From: a plasmid
Direction: 5' to 3' (one strand)
Sequence record: NZ_CP010801.1
DNA: 64,000 bases
The notes under the pieces: model-generated
What the model saw: only the letters and a program-made list of their open reading frames with translations
Databases searched by the model: none
Told to the model about the DNA's origin: nothing
Translations under genes and position numbers: made by a program
In this document: positions 43,721 to 54,383 of the stretch, piece after piece
Layout of the letters: each line of letters begins with the position of its first letter
How positions within the stretch are numbered: position 1 is the first letter of the stretch

Positions 43721-44476
43721 TTGGTTTCTAATCGACATGATTGGATGACGCCGAACCTCATGAATCTCTCCGATATGCCCTCCACCGGTACCGGCTGGGA
43801 TCGCCTTGAAGCCGCCTTCAAGGAGGAGCGTCCCCTGCAGCCGATCCGCAAGATCGTCGTCAAAGGCTCGGTCGACATGGTGTTCCGGCGCGCGGACACG
43901 CCAACGCTGGTCGTTGCCGGCGAAACGGCGGATGCGGTGACCTCGGTCCGGACCGCCTACAAAGGCGACAAACTGGTGATCGAGCGCGAAGGCGTGTCGA
44001 TCCGCTTCGGCAGCAGCCACATGACCTTCCACGGCACGGTCGGCTCGGTGGTCTTGGGCGACATCGTGAACGGCAAGCCCACCGGGCCGGCCATTTCCCT
44101 GCACCAGCCGCGCGCGGTGGTCGGCATCGCGCTGCCCGAGTTCCCGGCGATCAAGATCAAGGGCAGCGGCGATGTCACCTTGCTCGATCTGCAGCAAGAC
44201 GCCTTGGACCTGGAAATCCCGGGTTCGGGCGATATCACCGCCAGCGGCCACGTCGCCCGCTTGCACGTGCAGGTCGTGGGCTCTGGCGATGTCGATGCCA
44301 GTGCGCTGATCGCCGAGTCGGCCGACCTGTCGGTGGCGGGTTCCGGCGACATTGACGCCTTCGTGCGGACCGAGGTGCGCGCCCGCGTGGCCGGCTCGGG
44401 TGACATCGTCGTGCGGGGCAACCCGCTGCGCTGGGACGACCACGTGGCTGGCTCCGGCACGATCAAGTTTCGTTGA
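43721..44476 (+). CDS. DUF2807 (head GIN domain) protein
   Basis: Repeated GSGD(V/I) beta-solenoid units (KIKGSGDVTL, IPGSGDITAS, VVGSGDVDAS, VAGSGDIDAF, VAGSGDIVVRG). Confidence 0.5.
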   Translation: MVSNRHDWMTPNLMNLSDMPSTGTGWDRLEAAFKEERPLQPIRKIVVKGSVDMVFRRADTPTLVVAGETADAVTSVRTAYKGDKLVIEREGVSIRFGSSHMTFHGTVGSVVLGDIVNGKPTGPAISLHQPRAVVGIALPEFPAIKIKGSGDVTLLDLQQDALDLEIPGSGDITASGHVARLHVQVVGSGDVDASALIAESADLSVAGSGDIDAFVRTEVRARVAGSGDIVVRGNPLRWDDHVAGSGTIKFR

Positions 44477-44527
44477 CGGCGGCAGGCCCAGCACTCCGCT
44501 GCATTGACCCGATTTCAGGAGGACGCC

Positions 44528-44791
44528 ATGTCCAAAGCCGAAACCCGCGTATTGACCGCACATGTCCCAGTGCCGCTGGCCGAGAAGGTGGACCAGTTGG
44601 CCGACCGCCTCGAACGCTCGCGCGGCTGGATCATGAAACAGGCACTGTCGGCCTGGATCGCCCAGGAAGAGGAGCGCGACCGCCTCACCCGCGAGGCGCT
44701 GGCCGACGTGGACGCCGGCCGCGTCATTGGCCACCAGGCCGTGCAGGCCTGGGCGGACAGCCTGGGTGCCGGTGAGCCGGTGCCGCGCTGA
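44528..44791 (+). CDS. parD: ribbon-helix-helix antitoxin (ParD/CopG-like)
   Basis: Small RHH-type protein immediately 5' of a ParE-family gene with a 1-nt overlap. Confidence 0.55.
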   Translation: MSKAETRVLTAHVPVPLAEKVDQLADRLERSRGWIMKQALSAWIAQEEERDRLTREALADVDAGRVIGHQAVQAWADSLGAGEPVPR

Positions 44792-45066
44792 TGGAACTGC
44801 AGTGGACCAGCAAGGCGCAGGAAGACCTCACGCGCCTGTATGAGTTTCTCGCGCCGGTGAACAGGCCGGCCGCCGCGCGCGCGGTGCAGGCTTTGGTCAA
44901 GGCGCCAGAAATCCTGCTGACCAACCCGCGCGTGGGCGAGCAACTGTTCCAGTTCGAACCGCGCGAAGTGCGGCGCATGCTCGTCGGCCAGTATGAAATG
45001 CGCTACGAGATCCGGGGCGAGAGCATTTACCTGCTGCGGCTGTGGCACACCCGCGAAGACCGATAA
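44791..45066 (+). CDS. parE: ParE/RelE-family toxin
   Basis: 91 aa; ...MLVGQYEMRYEIRGESIYLLRLWHTRE is typical of the ParE C-terminus. Confidence 0.65.
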   Translation: MELQWTSKAQEDLTRLYEFLAPVNRPAAARAVQALVKAPEILLTNPRVGEQLFQFEPREVRRMLVGQYEMRYEIRGESIYLLRLWHTREDR

Positions 45067-45080
45067 CAGGGAGCAAGACC

Positions 45081-45722
45081 ATGCTGGAGTACCGACTGAC
45101 GCCGAACCATGCCGGCGTCGCATTGTGGTGGGATTTCGCGGCGCTGGAGCGCCTGCACGGCTTCATCCACTACGTCGTGCAGGAAAGCGTCTACATCGAG
45201 GACAAGGAAGGCTTCGTGCTCGGCTTGGCGTACGACGTGCGCAAAGCCTATTCGGGGCAGCGCAGCGTGGACCAGCGCGGCGATACCAAGGACGACCGTT
45301 GCCGTATCTACGGCGTCGAAGTCCTGTGGCCCGTACTCCTGACGCAAGTCGGGGTGCTGCGCCAGGCCATGGCCTTCATCCCGACCAACAAGCTGGACCA
45401 GTCGATCATGTTCGAGCTGGAGCACGTGGTCGAATCGGCGGTGCGCGCCGCCACGCCGGTGTTGGCCGATGAAGTCATCCACCGCACGCGGTCCGCTGCG
45501 AGCGCCACCTATGTCCACCTAGACAGCGTGCTCGATAGCCGCTGCCGGTACTTCATTGCACTGCCGCCCAAACAGCGCCTCAAGATGCTGCCCAAGGTGA
45601 TGGCGACGTTCGACCCGATGTACGGGATCTTGGCCAAGTCGGATATCACGTTGCGCCCCGATGTCATCCCACCCACCGCCTTCGTCGACAGCGACGAAGA
45701 CTGGCCGGACTTCGAGTGGTGA
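45081..45722 (+). CDS. hypothetical protein (213 aa)
   Basis: ORF with AGGGAGCAAGACC RBS; no motif recognised. Confidence 0.4.
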   Translation: MLEYRLTPNHAGVALWWDFAALERLHGFIHYVVQESVYIEDKEGFVLGLAYDVRKAYSGQRSVDQRGDTKDDRCRIYGVEVLWPVLLTQVGVLRQAMAFIPTNKLDQSIMFELEHVVESAVRAATPVLADEVIHRTRSAASATYVHLDSVLDSRCRYFIALPPKQRLKMLPKVMATFDPMYGILAKSDITLRPDVIPPTAFVDSDEDWPDFEW

Positions 45723-45756
45723 AACGCCCGCACGCTAGGACGGCGGCCCTGCATCG

Positions 45757-46950
45757 ATGACCCATCCCGTTCCATCGTTCAACGGTCCCGCGGTGGCCAT
45801 CGAGCAGTTGCGCATCCCGCCAGCGCTCTCGGGCCTTCACGGCGCCAACCGCGCACGCGAAGCGAGCCGCCAAATCACGGCGGATGACGACCTGGCCGCC
45901 GTGGCTGCGTGGCTCGCCCGCTATGCCGGCGTGCCCGGCACGGTCGCCACCTACCGCAAGGAAGCCGAACGCCTGATACTGTGGGCGATTCTCCAGCACG
46001 GCAAGCCGCTGTCTTCACTCACCCACGAGGACCTGCTGCTCTACGAGCGCTTCCTGGCCGACCCGCAGCCAGCTTGGCGTTGGGTGATGGCCTCACGCAA
46101 GAAGCTGGCGAGAAGCTCGCCCGACTGGCGCCCCTTCGCCGGTCCACTGTCGCCCACGAGCGTGCGGCATGCGATGACGATCCTCAACGCGCTCTTCGCC
46201 TGGCTGGTGCAAGCCGGATACCTCGCCGGGAATCCGCTCTCGCTCGCGCGCCGTCGCAGCGCCAAGACAGCCCCGCGCGTGACGCGCTACCTCACGCATG
46301 CGCATTGGGACATCGTCAAAGCCACGATCGAAACCCTGCCCGTCGCGACGGAACGCGACCGGCTGCACGCGGCCCGTTGCCGGTGGTTGTTCTCCGTGCT
46401 GTATTTGGCCGGCCTGCGCTTAGCGGAAATCGCCTCCACGCGCATGGGCGCCGTGTTCTCTCGCCGGGACGCGGCGGGCGTCGAGCGCTGGTGGATCGAG
46501 GTGCACGGCAAAGGCGGCAAGACGCGCCTGGTGCCCGCCACCGATGAACTGATCGCGGAGCTGGCGCGCTATCGGCGCATCTGCGGCCTGCCGCCGTCAC
46601 CGCAGATCGGCGAAACACGCCCTTTGCTGCTGCCCGTGATCGGCCCGGAAAAGCCGTTATCGCGCGCGGCGATTCACCTGATCGTCAAGGAGGTGTTCAA
46701 GCTCGCGGCCGACCGCGTGCGTGCACAGGGTCCCGAGTTTGGCGCGCAGGCTGACGTGCTCGCCAGCGCATCGTCCCACTGGCTGCGCCACACGGCCGGC
46801 TCGCACATGTCCGACCAACAGGTGGACCTGCGCTTCGTGCGTGACAACTTCGGCCATGCGTCGCTCGCCACGACGAGTGTCTACCTCCACGCGGAAGATG
46901 ACGCACGCCACCAGGCAACGCAAGCCAGCCACCGGCTTGGCTGGAACTGA
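45757..46950 (+). CDS. tyrosine site-specific recombinase (397 aa) carried by the transposon
   Basis: C-terminal catalytic region with ...HWLRHTAGSHM...LGHASLATTSVYLH (R-H-R-Y family). Shares TYRKEAERLILWAI and RPFxGxLS blocks with the 573-aa integrase at 55503. Confidence 0.75.
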   Translation: MTHPVPSFNGPAVAIEQLRIPPALSGLHGANRAREASRQITADDDLAAVAAWLARYAGVPGTVATYRKEAERLILWAILQHGKPLSSLTHEDLLLYERFLADPQPAWRWVMASRKKLARSSPDWRPFAGPLSPTSVRHAMTILNALFAWLVQAGYLAGNPLSLARRRSAKTAPRVTRYLTHAHWDIVKATIETLPVATERDRLHAARCRWLFSVLYLAGLRLAEIASTRMGAVFSRRDAAGVERWWIEVHGKGGKTRLVPATDELIAELARYRRICGLPPSPQIGETRPLLLPVIGPEKPLSRAAIHLIVKEVFKLAADRVRAQGPEFGAQADVLASASSHWLRHTAGSHMSDQQVDLRFVRDNFGHASLATTSVYLHAEDDARHQATQASHRLGWN

Positions 46951-47115
46951 GCGTACCCAATTCTCGATGGCATGCTCCACGCGCGGCGGCTGCCGGCATC
47001 ACCCACGAAAACGGGCAAATCGCCATGGCAGCCAGCGCATCGAAGGCGCCACCATGAGCTGGCCAACGAAGCGTGGCGACGCCTTCTACGTTGGCTTTCG
47101 GGCCGAATGGCTCGG

Positions 47116-47451
47116 CTAGTCGGCTGGGCTCAGGTGTTCCAGTGGCTCCAATGATTGGCGCATCCGCTCCAGTGCCGCGAGCCAGTCGCCAAGCTCCATC
47201 AGCACCGCGTCGACTTGTTCAACCAGTGTCGGTCCATCCGTGCTGTAGGCTAGGCTCGCGTCGTTAATCACGGTATGAGCCATGCCGTGCAGGCGCAGCA
47301 GATCGTCGCGCAACCCGTCCGGCGCGCATCGTGCTCGAATCCCATCGAGCAACTCCACCGCATGCAGAATGGTGCGGGTATCGAACGACTGCCGGAGCCC
47401 CTGCAATGCTTCGCTGTCGACATCCCCGTAGGGGGTCTTGGTCTCAGGCAT
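47116..47451 (-). CDS. TnpC-like small protein downstream of tnpA
   Basis: ~111-aa ORF overlapping the tnpA stop by 8 nt, in the position of tnpC in Tn4651-group transposons. Confidence 0.35.
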   Translation of the reverse strand: MPETKTPYGDVDSEALQGLRQSFDTRTILHAVELLDGIRARCAPDGLRDDLLRLHGMAHTVINDASLAYSTDGPTLVEQVDAVLMELGDWLAALERMRQSLEPLEHLSPAD

Positions 47452-50443
47452 GGCGAGCCCTGCGGACAGCGCGGGCGGGTCCCGCGAACAACCCATCGCG
47501 AATCCAGGCCTCCGGTACGCGCTCTAGGTGCAGCTTGTAGTCACCAAAGCGCTTGATGTTGTGGGTCAGATAAGGACTCAGGAATTCGATGTCGGCGACG
47601 TTCACTTTGATGCCCTCGCTGACCATCGTGCGTAGGGCCTGCATCAGGTCTGCGGTGTTCTGGAGGATCACGGCCGAGGCGATCAGGTCGTTGTAGCGCA
47701 GGCGTTTCTGCTGCTCCTCGGGCTCGTTTTCCGCGATCACGTCACCACCGAACGAGAACCACTTCGCAAAGCCGTTGTACGACTCGATCTTGTTGGTGGT
47801 GGCGGTCACTTCCTGGCGCAGCTCGCGACTGCCGACCCATTCGAGCAGGTACACGGTGCGCACGACGTTGCCCAGTTCTCGCGCGGCCAGGTAGAGGCGG
47901 TTCTTGCGGCTCTCCGAGCCCAATCTGCGCAGCAGCAGCGGCGAAGAGATGGTGCCGGCCTGGATCGACAGCGCCACCTGCATCAGGTCCTGCCAGTGAA
48001 AAGCGATCAGATCCCAGTCGACCACCGCCGAGAACAACGAATCGATGTGCTTGTATTTGACGCCGGCATCGGGCTTGTACAGATCCAGTTCCTTCCAGTT
48101 GCGAATGCGGGGCATCAGATTGATGCCAAGCAAGTGGGTGAAAGCGAAGACCGCCGCCGACTGCCCCTGCGTGTCGGCGTGCACGGTGTCGGCCTCGACG
48201 CTCAGGTTGGCCTTGAGCAGCCCTTCGATGACATAGATGGCTTCCCACACACCAGGCGGGATGAAGTGCCGAAACACCGCGATGTAATTGTCGGCCACAT
48301 GCCGGTAAGCCACGGCGCCCATCTTGTGGTAACGAAAATGATAGCCGGCCAGCAGATTGTTGTCGTAGAAGTCGTATTGGGTACCGTCGGCGGCCACCGT
48401 TTTGCCGTCGCCCCAGTGTTTAGGCAAATCCAGGCGCAGGTACAGCTCGATCAGCTCGCGCTGCGCGGTCTCCAGCTTCTCCAGGCTCATGTGCCGCCGG
48501 TTGACGAACGACATCATATGGGGGGTGACGCGATCGCCCATATGGCGCGCAGCTTGAGTGGGTCCGAGATTGCAACCCATCGCGAAGATCGTCAGCAGAT
48601 AGCGTTCGGCGGCGTTGCGGATCTTAGGATCGTTGCCGGAGAGCGGCCCGAAGTGCCGGGTGAACTGGGTCCAGTGCTCGATATTGGCCAGCACGTCGAG
48701 CAGGTTGCGCGTCGGCATGCGGCGGATCAGCGCCTGCTGCAAGGCAACGGCCGAGGGCGGAGTTTCGCGCGCAGCGGTGCGCTTGAGTAAGGGTTCGCCG
48801 TCAGCGCTGATGGTGACGTGCTGGCGCTTGTCCGGAAAACTTTTGTCCAGCGTCTGCGCGGCGTCGGCCAGCCACTGCTTGAGGTGCGCGACGAACTCCT
48901 GCGCGTTGGCCGGCAGATCCAGCTTGGCGCAGTACTCTGGCAAGCGCCGCTCGCACTCGCGCCACGGCAACAGGTGGCCCCGGTAGTCGGCAAAGGCGTC
49001 TGACCCCACCACGCACAGATCACCCGAGCGCAACTCGTTGACCATGTGGGACAGCACGCACAACTCCAAGTAGCGCCGGTTGGTGGGCGGACCCTCGTGG
49101 TGCGCTCGCCGGACCAGCTTGCGCCAGCGCTCGGAGGCAAAACTGAGATCGACTTCAGCAGCGATCCACTCCCGGTGCAGTGATTCGTTTTCCAGCGCGA
49201 CCTCCAGCCCGGCTAACAACGTGCGTGATTGGCTGGTCGACTCCCACTCCAACACGCGGGCGAGGCGCAACATCACCGAACGGTGGGCGCGGAAGTGCCG
49301 CCACAACAGCGGCAGATAGTTGTTGCCGCTGAAAGCCCGCACTTCGGCGCAGCGCTCGCGCAGGGGCTCCAGGTCGCCATTGGGAGCCAACAGCTTGCGC
49401 ACCTGCGCGCCGATTCGGGCATCGTCACCGCCATCGGCGACGATATCGACGACACCGTCCAGCACGGTGACAAGGCCTTCGAGCTTGGCGCGCTGGCGAG
49501 ACTGGATGTATTCCAGTTCGTCCTGGGCCCGCTTGTGGATCGCGCCCATACGCCGGATAAACATTTCGGCGAGATCGTCGCGACTGCGCACGCGCATGTG
49601 AGCAAGCAAGGCCACGATCAACGTATAGCGCTTCTCAGGCAGCGTTTCCTTGAGGTTGGCTGCGTCCAGGCCCATGGCCTGGTTGGCCAGCGAACGTAGC
49701 TTGGTGGCAGGCACGCCTTCCAGGACGCCGGATAGGTCGCCAAAAGAATCCAACCACTCCAGATGCTCGATCAGCAGGTTCAGGTGTTTGCGCGAGGGCC
49801 GCCGGGCATGTCGCTTGATGTTGTTGTAGGCGGTCTGCCGGTTGGCGAATTCGCGCGTGAGAAGCTTGTCCAGGCGCTGCCGATCCTCTTCAGAGAGCCG
49901 GCGTGCGACCCGCCTGAACATTGCGTTTTGGGTGCGGGCATGGATTTGCTCGACGATGGTGTCGAGCGTTGAGAACGCAGGCAGTTCAACCTGCTGCAAG
50001 ATCAGCGCATCAATAGTCGCGTTGATAATGTCCACCGGCTGATCCATCGTCTCGGCCGCTTCACGTGCAGCGCGGATGGTGACCTCATTGGCGTCGGTGC
50101 CAATGTAGGGTTGCACGCCGAGGAATTGCCGCACGACGACGTAATGCCGGAACAGCGTGGGAGAGACTTTGCGGTCGTAACCGAACGGCGTATCGGGGTC
50201 CAACCCCGCGCAAACTCGCACGTGATCGACTACGGCGGTGGGAATCGCATCAAGATAGGGGAAATAGTGCAGTTGCTGGAAGATCTTGAGCAGCACCAAG
50301 AGACCTAGGCGCGGACTCTGGCCGCGGGTCGAGCGGGTTGCCCAGTCCAACTCCTCAGCGGTCGGCGTGTAGCAGGCCTGCAGCTCTTTCGTGGAGAAGA
50401 CCTTTGGGAAACGCGGGTAGGCAGTGCGCTCGACGGTGGCCAT
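47444..50443 (-). CDS. tnpA: Tn3-family transposase TnpA (999 aa)
   Basis: Length and N-terminal MATVERTAYPRFPKVFSTKELQACYTPT...WATRSTRG...LGLLVLLKIFQQLHYFPYL are typical of Tn3-family TnpA; reads inward from IRR. Confidence 0.85.
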   Translation of the reverse strand: MATVERTAYPRFPKVFSTKELQACYTPTAEELDWATRSTRGQSPRLGLLVLLKIFQQLHYFPYLDAIPTAVVDHVRVCAGLDPDTPFGYDRKVSPTLFRHYVVVRQFLGVQPYIGTDANEVTIRAAREAAETMDQPVDIINATIDALILQQVELPAFSTLDTIVEQIHARTQNAMFRRVARRLSEEDRQRLDKLLTREFANRQTAYNNIKRHARRPSRKHLNLLIEHLEWLDSFGDLSGVLEGVPATKLRSLANQAMGLDAANLKETLPEKRYTLIVALLAHMRVRSRDDLAEMFIRRMGAIHKRAQDELEYIQSRQRAKLEGLVTVLDGVVDIVADGGDDARIGAQVRKLLAPNGDLEPLRERCAEVRAFSGNNYLPLLWRHFRAHRSVMLRLARVLEWESTSQSRTLLAGLEVALENESLHREWIAAEVDLSFASERWRKLVRRAHHEGPPTNRRYLELCVLSHMVNELRSGDLCVVGSDAFADYRGHLLPWRECERRLPEYCAKLDLPANAQEFVAHLKQWLADAAQTLDKSFPDKRQHVTISADGEPLLKRTAARETPPSAVALQQALIRRMPTRNLLDVLANIEHWTQFTRHFGPLSGNDPKIRNAAERYLLTIFAMGCNLGPTQAARHMGDRVTPHMMSFVNRRHMSLEKLETAQRELIELYLRLDLPKHWGDGKTVAADGTQYDFYDNNLLAGYHFRYHKMGAVAYRHVADNYIAVFRHFIPPGVWEAIYVIEGLLKANLSVEADTVHADTQGQSAAVFAFTHLLGINLMPRIRNWKELDLYKPDAGVKYKHIDSLFSAVVDWDLIAFHWQDLMQVALSIQAGTISSPLLLRRLGSESRKNRLYLAARELGNVVRTVYLLEWVGSRELRQEVTATTNKIESYNGFAKWFSFGGDVIAENEPEEQQKRLRYNDLIASAVILQNTADLMQALRTMVSEGIKVNVADIEFLSPYLTHNIKRFGDYKLHLERVPEAWIRDGLFAGPARAVRRARHA

Positions 50444-50598
50444 ACAGGGATCTCCACAATCGCTGAAGGGCCGGCCAGTCTAGCCGACGGCAAAGGCGGA
50501 AATCCAGAGGCTCTTTATAACCAAGAGGCATGCATGCAAACTTCTACATAACTGGCGGGCTTATGATAGCGAATTGGCCTTATCTTGGCATGACCCCA

Positions 50599-50655
50599 AC
50601 CCAGGTCGGCAATGGCCACCAACGTGCGCAGACGGTCCAGGCTGATTTCGCGCAT
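50599..50655 (-). pseudogene. LysR N-terminal fragment (19 codons) left behind by the transposon insertion
   Basis: Minus strand: AAGGAGTGACTC-ATG-MREISLDRLRTLVAIADLG, running into the AACCC duplication and the IR. Confidence 0.55.
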
Positions 50656-50769
50656 GAGTCACTCCTTGTTCAGAAAAGCTGAATTTCATCGTTTAGAAAT
50701 TCAACTTTTCCTATCTTAGCCCCTCACTGAAGATTGGAACTCCTGATTTCCTATGTCCGAGAGCATTCC

Positions 50770-51699
50770 ATGGCAAGTCCTCTTATATTCATCGACGGCG
50801 ACCAAGGCACCACCGGGTTGCAAATCCATCAACGTCTACGCGACCGGACCGATCTGCGGCTTATCACGCTCAGCCCCGAACATCGCAAGGATCCGCAACG
50901 TCGCGCCGAAATCATCAACGCCTGCGACATCGCGATTCTCTGCTTGCCCGACCAAGCCGCACGCGACGCTGTAGCGAGCATCGAAAACCCCGCCGTTCGG
51001 GTGATCGATGCGAGTTCGGCGCACCGCACCCATCCAGACTGGACCTATGGTTTCGCGGAGATGAACTCGCAGCAGGCCCAACGCATCGCCACGGCACGGC
51101 GGGTCAGCAATCCCGGTTGCTATCCCACGGGGGCGATAGGGCTGCTGCGCCCATTGCTGGAGGCCGGGTTGCTGCCCAGGGACTATCCGACGAACATTCA
51201 TGCTGTGTCGGGCTATTCCGGAAAAGGGCGCGTTGGCGTGCAAGAGCATGAGGGAGAGGGCGCATCACAGGCGCCCGCGTTTCAGGTTTATGGTCTGGGG
51301 CTGGCACACAAACATATTCCGGAGATTCAGCAGCAAAGCGGTCTGATGGAGCGGCCGATGTTTGTGCCGGCTTATGGGGCTTTTCGGCAGGGGATCGTGC
51401 TGACCATACCGTTGCAACTTCGCTTGTTGGCGCCGGGCGTGGATGCGGTGCGGTTGCATGCGTGTCTTATGCAGCACTACGTCGATGCGGACCATGTACA
51501 GGTGATGTCGATGCAGGAGGCCAAAGGGTTGACGTGCCTTGATCCTCAGGCGCTTAACGGGACTGATAGTTTGCGATTGGTGGTGTGTGAAAATGATGAG
51601 ACGGGGCAGGTTTTGTTGGCTGCGGTGTTTGACAATCTTGGGAAGGGAGCCGCTGGAGCGGCGGTGCAGAATCTGGATTTGATGGTTGCAGGAACATGA
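50770..51699 (+). CDS. argC: N-acetyl-gamma-glutamyl-phosphate reductase, short (ArgC2) type
   Basis: [16 protein letters not shown] (NAD fold) and catalytic-Cys region [12 protein letters not shown]; 309 aa; divergent from the split LysR gene. Confidence 0.75.
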   Translation: MASPLIFIDGDQGTTGLQIHQRLRDRTDLRLITLSPEHRKDPQRRAEIINACDIAILCLPDQAARDAVASIENPAVRVIDASSAHRTHPDWTYGFAEMNSQQAQRIATARRVSNPGCYPTGAIGLLRPLLEAGLLPRDYPTNIHAVSGYSGKGRVGVQEHEGEGASQAPAFQVYGLGLAHKHIPEIQQQSGLMERPMFVPAYGAFRQGIVLTIPLQLRLLAPGVDAVRLHACLMQHYVDADHVQVMSMQEAKGLTCLDPQALNGTDSLRLVVCENDETGQVLLAAVFDNLGKGAAGAAVQNLDLMVAGT

Positions 51700-52076
51700 C
51701 TCCGACTACCCACTGGCTCTAGAGTCTATGGCTCGAATTTTCGAGCGGTTGTTTCCTCTCTGTTTATGGCCTGGCATCGACGGCATTAAACGAGTCGAAA
51801 ACAGAATCTACGCGTGTCAGCAGTTTGCAATCCAGTCAGGCTTTGAAGTTAAACGGTCGTCCACGACAGGCAGCAATCGGCCAACAGCGGCCGTTTTAGA
51901 GTAGGGAAAATAAATCCCCTTTTCTGCTGTCTACGCTTCGCAGCGCCGGTTACCCGGTCACCACGCAAGACTCGCTTCCGGTCGGTGGCTAACCTTTACC
52001 GGGCGGGGGTCATACCCGCTGGGTTTCTTACGCCATTTCGTGACGGCTTGCGCCGTCATTCCCAGGCGACCAAGCT

Positions 52077-52268
52077 TTGCCTGGCGCACATAAATCAGTC
52101 CCCTTTTTCTCTTTGCGCAGCAATGGCGTCGATCCTTCGCGCCTGCAAACCTTTGGTGCAGGCTCCAGCTCGCCCATTGCCCCCAACGACACCGCCGAGG
52201 GTCGCGCCCAAAATCGCCGCGTTGAAATCAAACTGGTGCCCCGTAGCGGCGCTGTAGCTCAAGGGTAA
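52077..52268 (+). pseudogene. OmpA C-terminal domain fragment
   Basis: ...NDTAEGRAQNRRVEIKLVPR is the OmpA-like peptidoglycan-binding domain C-terminus; no N-terminal part. Lies in a lower-GC stretch of gene debris (51.7-52.7 kb). Confidence 0.45.
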
Positions 52269-52682
52269 TGGTGCCTTGGTGCTCTTTTCGTCGGATGCCC
52301 AGCTATCTTTTAATGGGTTACGGGCGATTTGCAGTGGGCTCCAAAACCTGGCCTCAGGAGGTGCAAGCTCCCGTGGCACCGGCTTTGGACTGGGCAGACC
52401 AATACGCCGGCCCATAAGCCCATAAGGATCCCGGCCTCGGCCGGGTTCTTTATGCCCGCTTCGCGGGCTTGAGCCCAGAAGGGAGCGGCGTGCGCCGGAT
52501 TCGCATCTGCCAGCCAGTACGCAGCCCGTTTGGAACTCAGTTGATCCGTCTTTTTCAACGGTTTAACAGCCAAATCAATACGTTCACAAGTACACTCGCC
52601 ACCCTAGGGATGGTGAAGCATCCACGAGCGGTACTAGAATTTTCAGCTTTTCGGTGCCGCCGCACGAATTCAAGGGGCAAGC

Positions 52683-53309
52683 ATGGATTACGAACAACTG
52701 CCGAGGGCCGCCTTGGTCCGTATGCTGCAGGAGCATGATGCGGCGCTTGCCGATGCTGGCAAGAATGGCATCGTTATGAGTTACACCGGGCGGGCTGCTC
52801 CCTGGCAGATCATCCGCCAGGTCAAGCCGAAGCTGCATCGTATTATCAAGAAAGTATCCTTTGGAGAGGAAACCGCCCAGTCAGAGAATGAGATCTGGGA
52901 CGGTGAAAACCTTTCTGCGATGGTCACGCTCTATAAATATCGTGGTCAAGTTGATCTTGTAGTAACAGACCCGCCGTACAACACCGGCGAGGACTTCCGC
53001 TATAACGACAAGTGGGACAAGGATCCAAACGATCCAGATCTCGGCGATGTAGTTCCTAAAGATGATGGGTCCAAGCACAGCAAATGGTTGCGCTTCATGA
53101 CACCCAGAATCTGGATGATGCGTGAGATGCTAACCCCAGGCGGGGTTATGGCTATCTGTATTGATCATAGGGAACTATTTAGACTTGGCATGCTCATGGA
53201 CGAAATCTTCGGCGAAGAGAATCGCATTGGCATAATCAATTGGCAGAAAAGCTATTCACCTCGCAGTGATAATAAGGGGGCGGCGGCGAAAACTGAGTGC
53301 AACACCTGA
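52683..53309 (+). pseudogene. N6-adenine/N4-cytosine DNA methyltransferase (DPPY type), 3'-truncated by IS insertion
   Basis: DLVVTDPPYNTGEDFRY is the motif IV of beta-class N6A/N4C methyltransferases. The ORF runs into the IS30-family left IR and stops; lower GC. Confidence 0.6.
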
Positions 53310-54383
53310 CCTTTCCGGTACGGTGCTGTCCCTATGTCTTATTCCGAACTCAGCGTTGAAGAGCGCGCCACCATTCAAATCGGTCATGCCCAAGGTTTCA
53401 GCCTGCGCGGGATTGCCTGCTTGATCAACCGATCCCCTTCGACCATCAGCCGGGAGCTGCGCCGCAATCGAGATGCCTGTGGCGGCTACTCGGCCCGCGT
53501 GGCCCAGCAGCAGATGCAGGCCCGCCGTCAGGTGTGTCGACCGAAGCAAAAGCTGTTGCCGGGTAGCGAGCGCTTCGAATTGGTGGCGCATATGCTGCGT
53601 GAGCGTTTGTCTCCCGAGCAGATTGCCGGCAAGCTGCGCAGCATGAATATTCCCAGCCTCAGAGATGCCTACGTCTGTCGCGAGACGATCTATAACGCGA
53701 TCTATGCCTTGCCAGTCGGCGAGCTGCGTAAAGAGCTGATCATCTGCCTGCGCCAAAGCAAGACGATGCGCAGGCCGCGCTCTGGCGGCGTGGATCGGCG
53801 CGGTCAGATCCCTGAGAGGGTCAGTATTCATGTACGTCCGCCGGAGATCGAAGACCGACTGATGCCAGGGCATTGGGAAGGCGACCTGATCAAGGGCAAG
53901 GCCAACGCCTCGTCTGTAGGTACGCTGGTGGAGCGCACCAGTGGCTACCTGATGCTGGTGAAGATGAACGACGCGACGGCGACCTCGGCGATGGAAGGCT
54001 TCAGTGCAGCGCTCAATGGCATGCCGCTGGCGATGCGCAAGAGCATGACCTACGACCAGGGCCGAGAAATGGCGCGGCATGCTGAAATCACCCAGCAGAC
54101 CGGGGTGGCGATTTACTTCTGCGACCCGCACAGCCCTTGGCAGCGCGGCAGTAACGAAAACATCAATGGCCTGATCCGCCAGTACCTGCCCAAAGGCACG
54201 GACTTGTCGGTGCATAGCCAGGAGGAACTGGATGCCATCGCACTGCAACTGAACATGCGCCCCCGTAAGCGCTTCGACTTCAAGTGTCCGATCGAGGTTA
54301 TGGACGAGGTGATGCAGGAAGCTATGGCTATGCGGCATGATGCTCCAGCTTCAATTCAATAACCGTGTTGCACTCAGCTCCTG
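53289..54383 (+). mobile_element. IS30-family insertion sequence (~1.09 kb)
   Basis: Terminal IRs CTGAGTGCAACAC (left, 53291-) and GTGTTGCACTCAG (right, ~54367-54383) flank a 342-aa transposase. Confidence 0.7.
53334..54362 (+). CDS. IS30-family transposase
   Basis: N-terminal HTH (RGIACLINRSPSTISRELRRN); DDE region with HWEGDLI and ...CDPHSPWQRGSNENINGLIRQY. Confidence 0.85.
   Translation: MSYSELSVEERATIQIGHAQGFSLRGIACLINRSPSTISRELRRNRDACGGYSARVAQQQMQARRQVCRPKQKLLPGSERFELVAHMLRERLSPEQIAGKLRSMNIPSLRDAYVCRETIYNAIYALPVGELRKELIICLRQSKTMRRPRSGGVDRRGQIPERVSIHVRPPEIEDRLMPGHWEGDLIKGKANASSVGTLVERTSGYLMLVKMNDATATSAMEGFSAALNGMPLAMRKSMTYDQGREMARHAEITQQTGVAIYFCDPHSPWQRGSNENINGLIRQYLPKGTDLSVHSQEELDAIALQLNMRPRKRFDFKCPIEVMDEVMQEAMAMRHDAPASIQ

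Larger units (their letters stand above)
42407..50597. mobile_element. Tn3-family transposon (Tn4651/Tn5041-type 40-bp IRs), 8.19 kb, with 5-bp target duplication
   Basis: IRL GGGGTCATGCCAAGATGAGGCCAGTTCGCTATCATAAGCC (42407-42446). IRR, inverted, GGGGTCATGCCAAGATAAGGCCAATTCGCTATCATAAGCC (50558-50597). Direct repeat AACCC at 42402-42406 and 50598-50602. TnpA is inside, reading inward from IRR. Confidence 0.8.
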
